In this document: in pieces, positions 1 through 13,477 of the stretch
Numbering within the stretch: the first letter of the stretch is position 1
Layout of the letters: each line of letters begins with the position of its first letter
DNA from: Xylographa opegraphella
Lineage: Eukaryota
Assembly (NCBI GenBank): GCA_022813865.1
Contig: JALDZX010000019.1
Span: forward strand, 310,001-374,000
Length of the DNA: 64,000 nt
Direction: 5' to 3'
Position numbers and translations under genes: made by a program
The notes under the pieces: generated by a model
Seen by the model: the letters and a program-made list of their open reading frames with translations, nothing else
Databases searched by the model: none
Told to the model about the DNA's origin: nothing

Positions 1-1218
1 GACTGATAGTTCACGCCGAATAGGGCACTAGATATAAGATATAACTAGACTACATCTTTGACGGGTTGTGGTTGCGAAAGAGGTGTGTATGGTATTCCGT
101 ATGGCATCATTGCTGAAGTACAAAAACTTTTTATATTCATAAGATGTCATCCAAGGCCATACCCATACCAAATCTCTTCATCAGAATACTTTAACAGCCT
201 CAGAACGATCTGTTTACAGGCAGCTTGCTGCATTACTGATAAAGCGTCTCGTCTCTTCAGTCACTTTTAGTCGTCACAATTGCATTCCCATCTACCTTAC
301 TGTGATTATATAGCTACACATGCTGCTCAAGCCACGCGTTGGAATATACTGCATTGCTTTTCGTGTAAGCTGTATCCATTCTACATTGTGGCAGAGCGTT
401 TTCCTTGCCCGTTGGGTAATCCATCTATGTCCTTTTGTTTCCTGATCTCGTGTATCGGTCGAGTGCACTGCACACTTACAGGGGCGAAACGTGCTAGGCT
501 GGCAGCGAAGATGCTAGCTACACTGGTAGGATATGATGGCTGATGAGTATATGCTGCGGTAGCCCATTTTTGTGTATATGATCCAGTATGTGGTGGTCAC
601 TGGTAGGGTTGGTGGTGAGTTCGGTATGGGACCTGGTATCTTCGTTAGGGTGCGGAGGTTTTGGCGGACAGACTTTACGGCGTTTGGACATTCGTGACAG
701 GGTATCCGAGAGGGCTTTTCGTTCTGCTGGTGTTGGTGGGTAGAGATGCAGTAGCTTAGTATGGGGTTCTTAGATGTTTACTCAACATAGCTCGAGCTCG
801 AGGCCCTTACTTGGGCCTCTGTTCGAAGTTTGATGACTGTATCAAGGAGCATGAGTAAGAGCAACGAGAGGTTGATTTGGATGACCAGGAAGGTATAGCT
901 CGTCCGAAGCTGGACATGGGTTGAGATCACTCAGGTCTATAGAGACCATAGCTTGGGAGTGCAAACTCCGGCATGGTTGTATATGCGCGGATTTGATAGC
1001 TACGAGGTCGCATGTTAGCGGCTCTTCTGGAATGAGGGAAAACCGTGTTGGCTCTCCTAGAATTGTCTGCATGAAGATATGTACATCCAGACGAAGCTGT
1101 CTTTCCACATATCCCATCAGCGCTGAACAGCTAATCCGAGGCATGCCTCCTTTCAGCAATACAACCGGCTAAGTTGACCCCTCTTCTTCTCAGCATAGCA
1201 CCAAAGTCTCTCTACTCA

Positions 1219-2902
1219 TCACTGAACCATACCCAATGCTCGCTGCGCACTGTTCACGCCCTGTCTGAACCCGTGCTCCCACTCCCACACAAAGTCCCCC
1301 GCCCCCAACTGCCTGAGCCTTTTCAAGATCCACAAGTCGAGAAGCCCGATCTTATCGGCCCCTTGCTTCGTTCCTCGTATGCCGTGCTTGAGCCTCATTT
1401 CCCAGAACACGACCGCGTCCTGGAACCCAAGCTCCCAGCCCTCTTCGAAGCGCCAGTGCTCGAACTCCTGCCACGGTGCAGTCTGGTGCCAATACTCCGT
1501 GTGTCCGTCGACATCTTTACGCTTCAAGAACGCTTTATGTTCAAGCGCATGCGATCTTCGAGCCCTCACGTCCGCAAAGTCAAGCGTCAGATACTTGGGC
1601 ACGGCGATTGCTTTCACGCCATTCATGTGCAGGAAATTCCACGCATGACCAACGTCCCCATCCATGTTCGTGGACCAGAAGAATGATCCGCTGGCTCTTT
1701 CGTGCCATGTTTTTGACTGCGCCAACACGAACTGTCGCTGGAGCTCGTTTCGGTCCGCAGCCGACGACCATGCCCAAGTCTCCGGGTCTAGCGCACCGCT
1801 CCATTCTCCTACCACACAGCCGTAAGCTCCTTTGTCAACCACACTATTGCCCCTTGATAGAAGTTCATGTAGCTCATTTTCTACTCGGTGAATAATATCG
1901 ACCGGCGTCTGAGCTCTGTCTGCAGCCGTGAAGCAGTAGTATTTATGCGTGTCAACCACAACAGGCGGTAGCAGCGGTTGGTTGATGGTATTAATACTAG
2001 CTGCAAAGTCCAGGGCATCACCTAGGTTCCATGCATCGCTGATATAGAGTGGGATGCTGGGGTCGATAGCAGAAACAGCATTCGTCAAGTGGCGGTAGAA
2101 ATCGAATGCGCCTGGTGCACCATAAATTGCTTCGTTACATACCTGGATTCCGACAATGCCTGGGATTTGATCCGTGGCTACCGTGGAGGCGATAGAAGTA
2201 ATGCAATCAGCGAGGAGCTGCAGATTGTCCGGATTAGTCCATAGATCTGCACGCCCGGAGGATGTGCCGGAGTGCGAATCACGGTTTGCACCACCCGGCA
2301 CGGCGTGTAGGTCCAGGATGACGCCTATTCCTGCCATGTATAGCCGCGTACAGAGCCTTGCAACGGCTTGCCAGGCTTCCGAATAAACGACGTGAAGCCC
2401 CTCGGAATAGAAAGGCGTATTGATAGTGAATTGACAACCGACAGTAAAATACCCGATCGGGAGACGGACCGTGGTGACATGGAGGCGATATGCTAGATCC
2501 GAGATGTCCTCGAACAAAAGCGCGCTGTTCCAGTGGGCTTCCCATTTTTGCTTTGTTGGAAACACGTCTGATGCATTCAGAGAACTAAAATGCCGTTAGT
2601 GCGTCACGAATACGGGACGGATTTTGGTGGCCTATGGGAGGGGGGGTGCACGCTATCACGGCATCCAGCTCACTGGTGCCTTCTGTGCCTGGTTGGAACA
2701 TGCGGGGGAAAAGCCAGCGTTCCAGGACGAAGATCCCGCCGAGATTGACTCCGTGATGGTAGCGGTAACGGAGGACATCGAGAGCAGTCGGTAGTGGAAG
2801 GAGGCTTATATCGCTTGGAGGTGTTTGTCGGGGATGCTCAGGATGCTGCTCATAGGGTCGTTCATGAGACTCGAGGTTATTGTTATGAAACACTGCTTCC
2901 AT
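1219..2902 (-). CDS. GH5 glucan 1,3-beta-glucosidase (exo-beta-1,3-glucanase-like), probably intracellular; one intron 2585-2651
   Basis: Motifs RYRYHHGVNLGGIFVLERWL, VRLPIGYF, DLHAVPGGAN..HSG, acid/base CNEA, DTHKYY and nucleophile VGEWS. A GT..CTAAC..TAG intron joins the two ORFs in frame (VIA/SLNASDVFPTKQKWEAHW). No signal peptide. Confidence 0.9.
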
Positions 2903-4199
2903 TGTAAAAAGCGCATAAAGACCATATGAGTGCAATGACTTCACCAAAAATCGGTATGCAAAAGTTCACTCCTGTCGTATGAAAGCTAGGTGAGGGGAGT
3001 AGATAAAAACCTTGGTAACAAAGTGGATGCAATTTCACTACAGTAAATGAGCTAAGTTTTTAGAGCTAAATGAGAGCAAAGCAGTATTGACACGTCGACA
3101 CGACAACTTCGAAGAAGGATTAATGGAAGGAGCGAGCAGTTTGAAGGTTTTAAGAACAACCATCGAAGAACCTTCAAGTCACCAGGATATGTTCATTAAC
3201 TTTGCTGCACCGCCAGAGTGATCCAACTGTTCGAAAGAAAACGAACTTCTAAGTACGTCCAGTGTGCGATTGCTACATCGATAGACAGATAGAGCAGAAT
3301 CTTCACATCACCGGGTTGCTACTCATATCCTGCGTAGAGACCAAAAAGGCTAGCGCGAATCTGCCCCTTTTAGACTCGAGCCTGCCGAAGCATTTGGTAC
3401 AACTTGTTACTGGCCGTTACGGTAGCCTAAGCGCGTCACCTTGATTGATACGAATGGGGCCTCCTATGATATTTGGGCAGGTGTGTTTAATGAGCACTCT
3501 ATAGACCAAGTATTTACTACGACCGATTCGTTTCATGTATATGTCTATAACCATGATTTCCTCCGTTCGCATCTCAGCACTGAACAGGCACTTTGCCTAT
3601 GTTCTTTGATATTCCCTTTGGGTCAATGGGGTCTACTTTCGAGACGTAGTGTAACTCCCAGCACATACGTCTCTGGATGGACAACACAGTCTTTGCCTCA
3701 CACTAGGACAAGGCTTTCCTGCTCGTTCTCACCCGGACTTTACCTCACTACCTAATTCGTCAAATTCCTTCTCTCGTCACGACTCTTACTTTTGAAAATC
3801 CAGCCTATCGGTAGAGCAATCATCGTTTTTAACGAGGCAAATTGGAAGGCTAGATTAGTCCAAGAGTGGAGTAAGCGTATCTGTTCTGCTGCCTTGTGAC
3901 CTTAGAAGAGCAGCGAAGTCTTGTCTGGGATTACGATCGAGTTTTCGAGCCAAAGGATATCGCTTCTCCAACTACAACTGAGGCTGTTACTGAGGCTGGC
4001 TAAATAGTTTGCCACGCTCCCTCATTGGGAAGGCTCTCTTCTACCTTGATATGGAGTCAGTGTAAACTTCGATACTCGTCTACTTTGGGAGCTCAGTGTA
4101 CTCCTAAAAAGCTGTTCTTGATTATCTTGGAAAGCCTGTTAATGGAGAGTTGCGGCAGGGATCGAGGGTTTTCAGCAGTGATGCCCAAAACTACGCTAA

Positions 4200-4580
4200 T
4201 ATGGCTGTCAGAAATCACGTAACAATACCTCGAGCCTATCCAAGTCCTTCCGTCCGGTATGAGTTTTTCTGATCAAGCATATGCAAAATCTTGAGGTCCA
4301 GTTCGCCATGGTCTGCCACTCGTTCAACCCATTGTTGCACGTAGTAGCATGCAGAATCGAGGACTTTGAACTGAGGAAAACTGGTTTTCCAAGCGTAAGT
4401 ATCATTCCTGTTGATGAGAAATTTATCGAGTTTGCGAGGGCATGTCCGAGTCGTGGCAGCACTCCCAGCCATGTAAACATGTTGGGGAGCGTTGCTATAT
4501 TGTACCGGAGAGCTATCTCCATCGTTTGATTCGTCCGTTCAGATTGGCCATCCGTTTGCGGATGGTATGAGGTGCTCTTG
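4200..4580 (-). mobile_element. Degenerate Ty3/gypsy LTR-retrotransposon integrase fragment
   Basis: Minus strand from about 4576 translates as STSYHPQTDGQSERTNQTMEIALRY...WLGVLPRLGHALANSINFSSTG, the YHPQTDGQxERxNQ integrase motif. No intact pol or LTRs seen; boundaries approximate. Confidence 0.8.
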
Positions 4581-6060
4581 AAGCCTCGATCCCATACTTG
4601 TTGGCCCCAGATCTCTCAAATGGTGGTCTGAGCCCGCCGCAATACTCATACTCTGGTCCTGATGCTGCCGGACCTACCTAATCGTCTCCTTCCATGCAGT
4701 CATGTATCCGCATCTTCTACCACCAGACTAGACTCTGCCATTATCAACCGCTTTTATAATTCTCTCTTGGATATCAAGGGTATGGCTTTGTGTACCGCTG
4801 GAAAGCAGCATTGAAGCTTCCGAAGAGTTAGTATTGCTGGTTCTTTAGCTGCGTAAGGATGAGGCCAAGGGCTTCGACTGCAGGTCCTGCTCGGATCCCG
4901 GCAGGAGAGCAAGTGTCCCCGCACATTTCTGCGCTTTCTAGCATGGTTTCGGTTGTCCGTATGCATATTCATCCTTTCTTTCTTTTCCGCATGTACAATC
5001 CTATAACCCAGCAAAGCTTCGAGGGAAGCTGGGAAAAGAGGCCAGCGTGCGGCATATGCCATAGGTGTATTGGCGCAACACGCTTTTCGTCCCCCTTCAG
5101 GCTTTATCCGCAGTTGTACAGCTTTACCTTCTTGATATATACGTCGGGTTGGTGGCATCAACAGCAGACTTAAATAATGCCATGTAAACTGTGATCTCGG
5201 ATAAGGAGTATAGTGACTGAAATCAGAAATATAACGGTATAATAATACCAAAGAAACGAGAGTCCAGTGTCTATATGTATAATTCAGTAAATAGAAAGAC
5301 CATCATATATAACCAGAAAGATCGATCCGGAATGACGGCAATAAATCTCATCAACAAAAACCCCGAGTCCCCTATCACCAATCCAGAGTCCGTTCCAGAT
5401 ATATACGAGAAAGAATGACCGCTCCGAGATCTCAATCCGGACCGTACCTCCGTAGCTATGTTCAGACGGATTCAAAATCACTCGATGTTGAGAACCAAGC
5501 AACGGTGCAGCGTCGTCCAAACCGTAGCAGCTCTGCGTAAAAGACACTCACCTCCTTCCTGATAGTGGTGAGCCACTGGACTGGTATAAGCACCAAGCCT
5601 CCTTCAACATCCTCTGAAGCGAAAGGCTGTAGCTACAGTCATACCAGCTCCGTAATCTCCGTGTTAGAAGTGTACCTCTACCTCCGATGAAAGCTACAAA
5701 GAAGGACGCAAGAGAGAGACGGGAGAGATCATATTCCGTTGTTCAGGGAAAGATTCGGTATATCACTGTAACGGGATAGAGAAGATGGATGATGCCTCAT
5801 CTGTGTAAGATGAGTGGAGAGAAGAGTTACGGGAGCGACAACTACGGCTCGGATAAAGAGATTGTACGGTGCGATGATCCTAAACGGAAGTCAGGATGGT
5901 CTGGACCTTCTGCGTGGTCCGACGCACAGGACGAAGATGAGGATTAAAAAGATAGTGGGACAATTCACTCTGGACACGCGCACGGCAATCATCTCGACAG
6001 GGAAGCAGCCGAAGAAAGGCTAACTATAACTTCAGATTTTCGACGATTGGCACGACCTTC

Positions 6061-6660
6061 GTATACTCGACCAAGCGTCCTCGCAGCGGTCTGTGTATAT
6101 GAACGAGGCAGGCTGAAGCATACTTGAAAAAAGGCAGCATTCGTCCAAATGAGAGACTGGTAAGAGGAAAAAACATCTGCTCACATCGTCCCGCCGAAGC
6201 GGAGATGTAAGAAGTATGTAAGGCTAAGGCTCAAGGTCAAGATGGAAAGGAAAGTACCAGGGACTCCAAGCTTCAACTAAGGCCTAGAGAAGTGCGTGGC
6301 AGGAATTTTCACCCGGAATGAGGGATACACCAGCTGTTTGATTATGCACGGAGCCAGGATTTCAGAGTTCAGCATACAGAACAGAGCACAAATGGTCGCA
6401 CAGCGCTGTGGGAGAGAGATCTGCCTTCCGGAGCGGAGCTGATCACGAGAGCTCTAGGAAACGCAATACTACCCAGAACCGATGAAGTAGCTAAAATGCA
6501 TAATTTCGTGCAAGAGACAAGAGGAATAAGAAGAGAGGAAGAAGAACGGAGAATGGAGGAGAAAACGAGGGACAGCGGTGTGAATACGAGTCCGTCGGTT
6601 TTGCGGCCGCTTAGAAACCTGGCATATGAAATGGCGGCATACTTTCCGCGTATCGAGTGA
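6061..6660 (+). pseudogene. Possible decayed coding sequence of unknown family
   Basis: One frame reads protein-like for about 200 codons (...FRVQHTEQSTNGRTALWERDLPSGAELITRAL...LAYEMAAYFPRIE*) with three scattered internal stops. No family recognised. Confidence 0.25.
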
Positions 6661-6869
6661 ATAGTAATGGACGAAAAACGTGTTTGTTCGAAGAGCAAAT
6701 AATCTTTTTGTTGAGTTCGGCAATGGCGAACCAAGAAGCAAACTCACGCTAACGCTACTGGATACAAAAAACGACAGCCATTGACCCACCCAACCGACCC
6801 AAGTAGTGATACAACCAAACCACCTTTCTATCCGAAACATTTCGTCATGTCGTTACGCAGCAGTCAAGC

Positions 6870-9747
6870 TCAATCGACGCTTTGACCGTCGCTTCCAGGA
6901 GGTTCTATACTCTCATGCCGTGCCCGACGCCCAGTACTTTCCGCCACCTGACGTATCGCAGAATTGAAATGCCCGAATGATGCGTACCGGCGTTGGCGGG
7001 CTTCTGCTAATCGAGCATTATCCGCCGAGTTGGGGGTTTTGCGCTCAAGATACTGTCGGGATGTGTGCTGAGCGGAAGGTGTGGATGGCTGCTGAGAAAA
7101 ATCAGAGAGGTAGGTCCTGCGAGTGGGTAGGGATGATTGTGCCGCGGAAGTCCGTAAATCCTGAACGGAGGGAGCATTTTGTGGGAGGTGATCTCTGGTG
7201 CTTGAGCTTTGACGCCGTGCTGAGACGTATTGACCCAATTCGGTATTTGTTCTTGAGGCGGAGCGCATCGGCCTCTCGTTATCGTCTTCGAGCACCCGGC
7301 GTGCTCGCTGAAGAACAGTAGAAGTCCTGCTCACAACCGACGAATTCGAAATAGCTGACGTAGTGGTGCCCAGTTCGGCGCGTTGCTCTTTACCGCGGAC
7401 GGCGCCTTGAGAAAGCCCTTGAAGACCTAGCACGCTACTTCGCCTTGCTTCAAGGCGACTCAAGACCCTCGATGTCGAGCTCTCTTCGGGGTCTTGACTG
7501 GCTCCCCGGCTGTAATTTGGTCGTTCTGCACTCATGTCTCGTTGAAATCGGGCAGAAGCCGCATCTCGACTCGGGGGTCTAACTCCAGCTTTTGATATAC
7601 CAGCCTCTGCACTATCATCCGCAAGCGTAATGCAAAGCTCCGTCAAACTCCGGCACATGCTGTCTGCTTTCCGCTTCAATTGCCGGTCGATACCACTTCC
7701 AGGAACACCGGTTGTGGCATTACTAGCCATCTTTGCTAGGCTGAGTGCGTCCATAGCAGTAGCGTCCAGTGTCCTGTAGACATGAGGACTCACGGTAGAT
7801 TTTGTTTTCGCAAGAGCGGAGGTCAGAAGCGGATGCGTCCCTGCGTCTGCTGGACCACCAGGCACGGAAGTACTGGGAGAAGCACTCGTGTCCCGACCGT
7901 GATTGGGAGACGGAGACATTGTAGTTACCGTCGTGGTAGCAGTACGTGGGCGCTCAACGGTAGTAGTAGCGATTGCGGCACCAGACGAAACAGGCATTTT
8001 AGCAGTCAGCTCAAGCTTCTTCAATCTCGACTTCAAGTCGTCGAGTTCGTCAAATATTGTGGAGGGAGCTGTGGTTGAGACGGTAGATTCGGTCCCCTCA
8101 GCTCGTGGAGTGGACGGTGAATCTTGGTCGTATAGGCTAGAGTGGCCTGTCAAAGGGGACGAGTGATAATAACCGCTGGGTGCGTGCGACAAGTTCGATT
8201 GTCGATAGTCTCGTGCTGAAAATCTATGGTTCGATTCCGGCACTGAAGGTCTGCGACCATATATTGAAGGCAATTCTGGCGATGTTTGTTGGTGCGAGTG
8301 TCCTGAAGATGTAACGTATGTGGATCTTGAGGCACCACTAGATAGGTGTGATGAATGACGCTGGTCGAGCGGATGCGCGGAGGCAGCGTATGAGCGATGG
8401 TTATAATTGAGGCGACCAGGAGAGGTGGGAGGTTTGAAGTAGGGTGGCTGCTCTACTTTCTGCAAACTTGAACGTCTTTCGGTCACAGAGAAGGAGGGAG
8501 CTTTATCACGATCGGCACTATTGGCTTGTGTCCGTGAGTCGGACCCTTGCACCGTCCCATTCGATACCGACAACCGCTGCGTCGACTGGGCAATGCGTGA
8601 CTATATAGTGCGAACGTACCATCAGTTCGTGAAGCTTGTTTCGTGGTCAAGTCCAACCAAAAGCCCCTTCAAGGTACACAGGAAGATGGAATTAAGATTA
8701 CACAGGGTAGACACAAAAGTAAGTGTATTTTTAGCTCAATCTTGCCAGAATCGATCGGGCTAGTGAGAAAGTGTTGCGAGATTGTGCTTCAGTGAGAAAG
8801 TATAATAAGTGATGTTGATGGTAGAGAAAGGTGCAACCTACTCTCCGTCTTTCGGTCCGATCCACATCCTCTGTGACCTCACTTGGAGCCACGTCCGTGT
8901 GTGCCAGATTCAGGAAATAGTCCTCTTGAACAGATTGCGATTGTGGATTCTCTCTCGGATCTTGTGCCTCTCCGTCCTTATTACTTGTATCCATATCTTT
9001 ATCTTTATCCTTCGGTGCCCATTGCTGGTCTTTGCCTGAAGCAGGATTCTGGCAATCAGCGGGTGATGTGATTTCTGCAACCATTCCTCCTTCACATCCA
9101 CCTGTCTCTAGACCGTCTCCAGTGCCAACAGTGGTCCTTGCTTTCGCTAGCAGCTTTGGAGGATCTCCAGTGGATTTTTCTGTTGAAACAGTGTTCTGGG
9201 CATTTAAGCCCATCATGGCTTTAGCTGTCAAGCTTGGTAAGTTTAACGGGGAATCGCTCGATTGCGGGAGCCTCCAGTCACAGTGAGACGCAGTGGTCCA
9301 CTGAGTACTCAATGCTGGTGGGGGACCACTTGAAGTCTCGATCCCATGGCTACTTCGTGAGGCTGGTGGTCGTTTGTTGGCAGGTGACCGAGCCTCAGTG
9401 CCCGAGCCGGTACGGTCGATCGCAAAGTACGACTCTTCTCGTGAAGCGTGTAGGGCAGGGCAGGCTTTGGCAACGGATGAGGATGAGGTTCTTCGTCGGC
9501 CAGCTGGACGTGTTCGCTTCGGTGAAGAATCTGTAGTCGTTGCAGTCGCCAACGAAGGAGTGCTTGGCACCGACCGTGGCGCGGATTGCGGCAGACAGCC
9601 AGAAGTGAAGGCTATCTGCTGGCTCGACAGCAACGCAGCAGTCGATCCAGTCGCGGTGTCTGAAGTCGACGAGTTTGCTGGCAGTGACAGTGGCAGTGGC
9701 AGTGGTCGTGGTCGCGTAGCGGAGGTGGACGGGCGACGCGATTGCAT
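6870..9747 (-). CDS. Conserved fungal Ser/Arg-rich disordered protein, candidate Mto2/Spa18-like MTOC protein; intron 8601-8841
   Basis: Two ORFs joined in frame by a GTAGGT..CTGAT..TAG intron (ERRR/SRIAQ). Helical islands TAPSTIFDELDDLKSRLKKLEL, HPLLTSAL and RKADSMCRSLTELCITL sit in low-complexity sequence. The gene model is solid; the family call is tentative. Confidence 0.8.
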
Positions 9748-12099
9748 GGCCGAAGCAAGGCAGGCTCTCGCCAGTTCCTTCCCCCCTTCGCCAGGATTTT
9801 TAGGAGGGTGCGCTTAACAAGTATCGTTTTAGGTGCAGCAGTGGCCTCCGCTAGCCAGGTCTCATCTCAACGCGCCATCGTGAAGCTCCACCACAACAAT
9901 AGAAATCTGGGTATCAGGCTTCGTTTCTTTCCTCCACCCGACGTTTTTCGTGAGAGCGAGGTTTTCTGGAGGCCCGAAAGGAATCGGATCACATCGTCCC
10001 TAAGAGCGCCGTCACAATCTGGGGGGAGATCGGCGCCGTGAGAAAGAGGTCAGGGCCAGCCGAAAACGGCGGCTTGCACCTGCATTAGCCCGAGTGATGC
10101 CCCCTAACCCTGGCCTCGCCCCGCGGCGGATCACCGCTAATCCCCGCCAAAGGCACCCGACATCTGCTGAGTGCCGGGGCCTCCTTGCCAATCACTTCGA
10201 CGACCAGAAAAGCAATATGAATTGATTATTTCAATAAAGGATGCATGTCACATTGACACTGCACCGCATCAATGAACAGGGTCGAATTTCATTCATCTTC
10301 ACTGTATACCTGCTGTTGGCCGGCTCATTGGACTCCGGTATACTGTGGCATGCAATATCCAGAAGCTTATCGTGGAGATGTAGGTGAGCGTTCACACGGG
10401 GCGTCGCCGTCATTATCTCCTTTTCAGTTGTCGCGAGTATCCTACTTTCACTATACGGAATTGGGCTCTGTGGCTCTGCTGCCTCGAATTGATGAGTATG
10501 TGCCAATGTTAAAAGCCCAATGTTACGTCCCGGGATGGATCATCGGAGGTCCGGATAGTAGACAGCAGGGGATGTGTAGGCTATCACGAACTCCAGCAAC
10601 CAAAGATCAATCGTTGGTCCGATGAGATAGACATCGTTGGAATTGGCTCGAGCATTCGATCTGGAATGTCTTCTAGGTTCTACGGTCGCCAACCATAGCG
10701 AGCAATGATCAATTCGTGATGGAGCCATACACTATCGTGAGCGCTTCAGAGTATCATATCCGTGAAATTTTCGAGATCGCTGTTGCACGACCTTCATGCT
10801 TACAAGAGAAGCTCACATTCCTCTACCTGTTGAGATGTCGGGGTGATGCTATAATTTATATCGGGGCAATTTTGAAGCGTCCATGAATTTCCATAGATTA
10901 TTGATAATTTAAACTTGACTACGGCGGCGAAATACTATTGACTTGTAGGTTAGATCACCATCGCCTTTTCTCAAGCTGTTCGGTCTACTCAATGACGATG
11001 GCAACGTTGCGGCAGGATCTCGTGGGCAGGAGTCATGTACTCGCTTTGCCGAGCGCACTACCACGTAACGACTCCGATGAACGGTGTAAAGGGGAGGAGC
11101 TGAGCCAACGATAGAGTTCGCAGAGAATTAGAAACTACCCAATGGATCTTTACAAATTACCCATAATTCTCATAATTGGCCTTCTTGACAATAGGTAAAT
11201 TCAAGCAAGATATCGGTCGTCATGGGAAAGTTTGAGTGGCTGGGTGGTGGTGACCGGCGCTGGCAGCACACAGTAGTCTGAAGGTGATTTTCATCTCCGG
11301 GCGATGAGACATATGCTCATAGTAAGGCACCCTCGGATCTATAATCCTTCGAGACTCAATTGACAGCCGTAGCGAAAGTAGGGAAGTGTTGCGAAGTATT
11401 CTGTCGCGAGTTTGGGACACCTGCAAAGTCCCTGGCAATCGTTATATATGACACCACTATGTATGGTTGCCCCTGGAAGCACACAGCTTGTTACGTCACC
11501 AGTGATGAACGCTCTCAGTTGTCTTGGCAGCGCACAGTCTTTGGCTAGAGGTTCTGGAGAGCATTGTTCCGATGGTATCCATAGCAGAGAGATTGCCTTG
11601 TGTGGCCAGGGTAAGTAAGCTGAAGATGGAGCATAAAGGGAAGGTAGGCTGTGGAAGAAGCTCCAGAGCACCGAAAGCAATAACTGGACCATTGCTGTAT
11701 GTCTTGAGATACCGATGCCGTTCAGGCTCTGGAGGGCTATTAGCATGTTCTACCTTAGAGTGGAGCCAGCAAATCGGCCTGAAGCTTATTCTATCATCAG
11801 ACCACATAGGGAAACTTGCAATCCGTCGATACGTTTCACTCCAACAGCTGCCGGTGGGACCATGTAGCTTCGTCGGTACCCAAGACGCATCCGGACCACG
11901 GCCAGACAGCCTCACGTGCGCAAGGCCCTAGGTACTGTGGTAGACTTCTGCAACCGCACAGCGAACCGGTCTCGGAACTAAGGTGCAGGGGAACACTCCC
12001 ACATATCCAACAGCCATCAACGTAGAAGCGTATATTGGACATTATTGTATCTCTTTTTGAACAGTTGCTGTGCCCACCTCCATACTCTTTCCCGTCCAT

Positions 12100-12109
12100 C
12101 TATTTTTAG
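12100..12109. promoter_or_regulatory. Rlm1/MEF2-type MADS-box consensus site CTA(W)4TAG
   Basis: CTATTTTTAG about 1.4-1.6 kb upstream of the MAPK phosphatase. A single AT-rich 10-mer, so it could be chance. Confidence 0.3.
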
Positions 12110-13477
12110 CCACCCGCATTCGCCCACAAGTGTTTCAGGGGCGCAGTCGGCTGAAAAGCATTTGCCAAGCTGGCACGGACCACCTTCTGGCCCGTGATGC
12201 GGCCAGCGAGGTTTCATCACGGCCGGTGAAGGGGGGGAAGAGAAAGAAAAAGAGAAGAAAAGAATGCGCGCTGCTGAGAGGCGAGGATTGTCCAATCTCA
12301 TTGTTTGCCCACCATTTGCCCCACCCGCCATATTCCTTCCTCGCTCTCTCTTTTCGAGTCACTTTTTTACCATATCCATCTTAATAGTCGTCGGCCAGTC
12401 CTCCATCTGCGACTTTACGCGTCTCGCTTCAACTGCATGCATGACGGCAAGTCGGACGATTGATGGCTGACCCAGAGACGGAAGGAAGCCTCGCCAACTC
12501 ATCTCTGGCTCTCTGGCTCTGATTATTGATCACGCTGCCCGCAATCTGCAGCTAGAACCTACTTGTGAAGGTCTGAGGAACAGCCTGTCCTTCTGATTCG
12601 CCATCTTTCTTGCCGTAGATGTGCGGAATGTGGTAAGCAGATCTTGCCCCAACCCAACCCCCTTCCCCCAAACCTCCGGCTTGGAAGTTGCCACTGTGTG
12701 CTCGCCAGGCCTCTATCTTGTCCGTGGCCTCCCATCAAGCCTCGTTCCTTTGAAGGAGCCTCACACCTGCACACCACACAGCAGCAAGATGGACGGCCCA
12801 CAAACACCCAGAGCACGGTGGGCCGAGCGGTGATTGGTCGACCTCCTCCTACTGCGGTGGGCGGCTAAAGTTAGAACGTCTCGCCATTGGCCGTTGCAGA
12901 ACCCAAGCGCTGAAGGCTGACTGGGTTCATCCCCCACTCCAACAGATCACTCTTTCGCCATTCGCCCTCTCGAACTTCACACGACTCTCTCTCGCCCGCC
13001 GTCCGCCATCTCGACTCGACTTTCACTTCATCACTGCCATCCTCTCTCCTACCGGGCTGCCTTCACCGTCTCCCGACGACGCTCTATCGGACGTAGCTGC
13101 GAATTCCCTTTGCGTCGGGCCTGGGCTTGGGCAGCGAAGATTTCCTCTGGTGCTGAGCACATTCACCCCCCGACTGCGAAGAATTGCTGGCCATATTCAT
13201 CGAGAACCTGGGTGTAAGCGCGCACAGTCGTCCCGTGCGGACAGAGCACCAATAGTCTTTTTAATGCACCGGGGGAACGTTCGTAGCGCTTCGTTGACGA
13301 CTTGAGGTAAGTTCTACTCCTCGTATATGTTGCGGCCCATTGGCTCCCCTGGCTTCGTGATGCTTGCAGCCTCATTAAGGTGTGCATACTTCTATCACTG
13401 CTTTGCTTCTCTGTCTTTCCTGTCCTCTGCCCATCCTATGTGGGAATCCTACCTATTCGAGAACACAGAACACCGCA

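Noticed and set aside
1..1200. Possible retroelement chromodomain or integrase-tail remnants (WYGYG; VSIDLSDLNPCP)
   Set aside because: Resemblance too weak to support without a search.
3441..3480. LIDTNGAS as a retropepsin active-site motif
   Set aside because: Has an insertion relative to D[ST]GA, is on the opposite strand to the integrase, and lacks supporting context.
8228..8245. GGTTCGATTCC B-box/T-loop match
   Set aside because: Lies within a coding exon on the opposite strand, with no cloverleaf.
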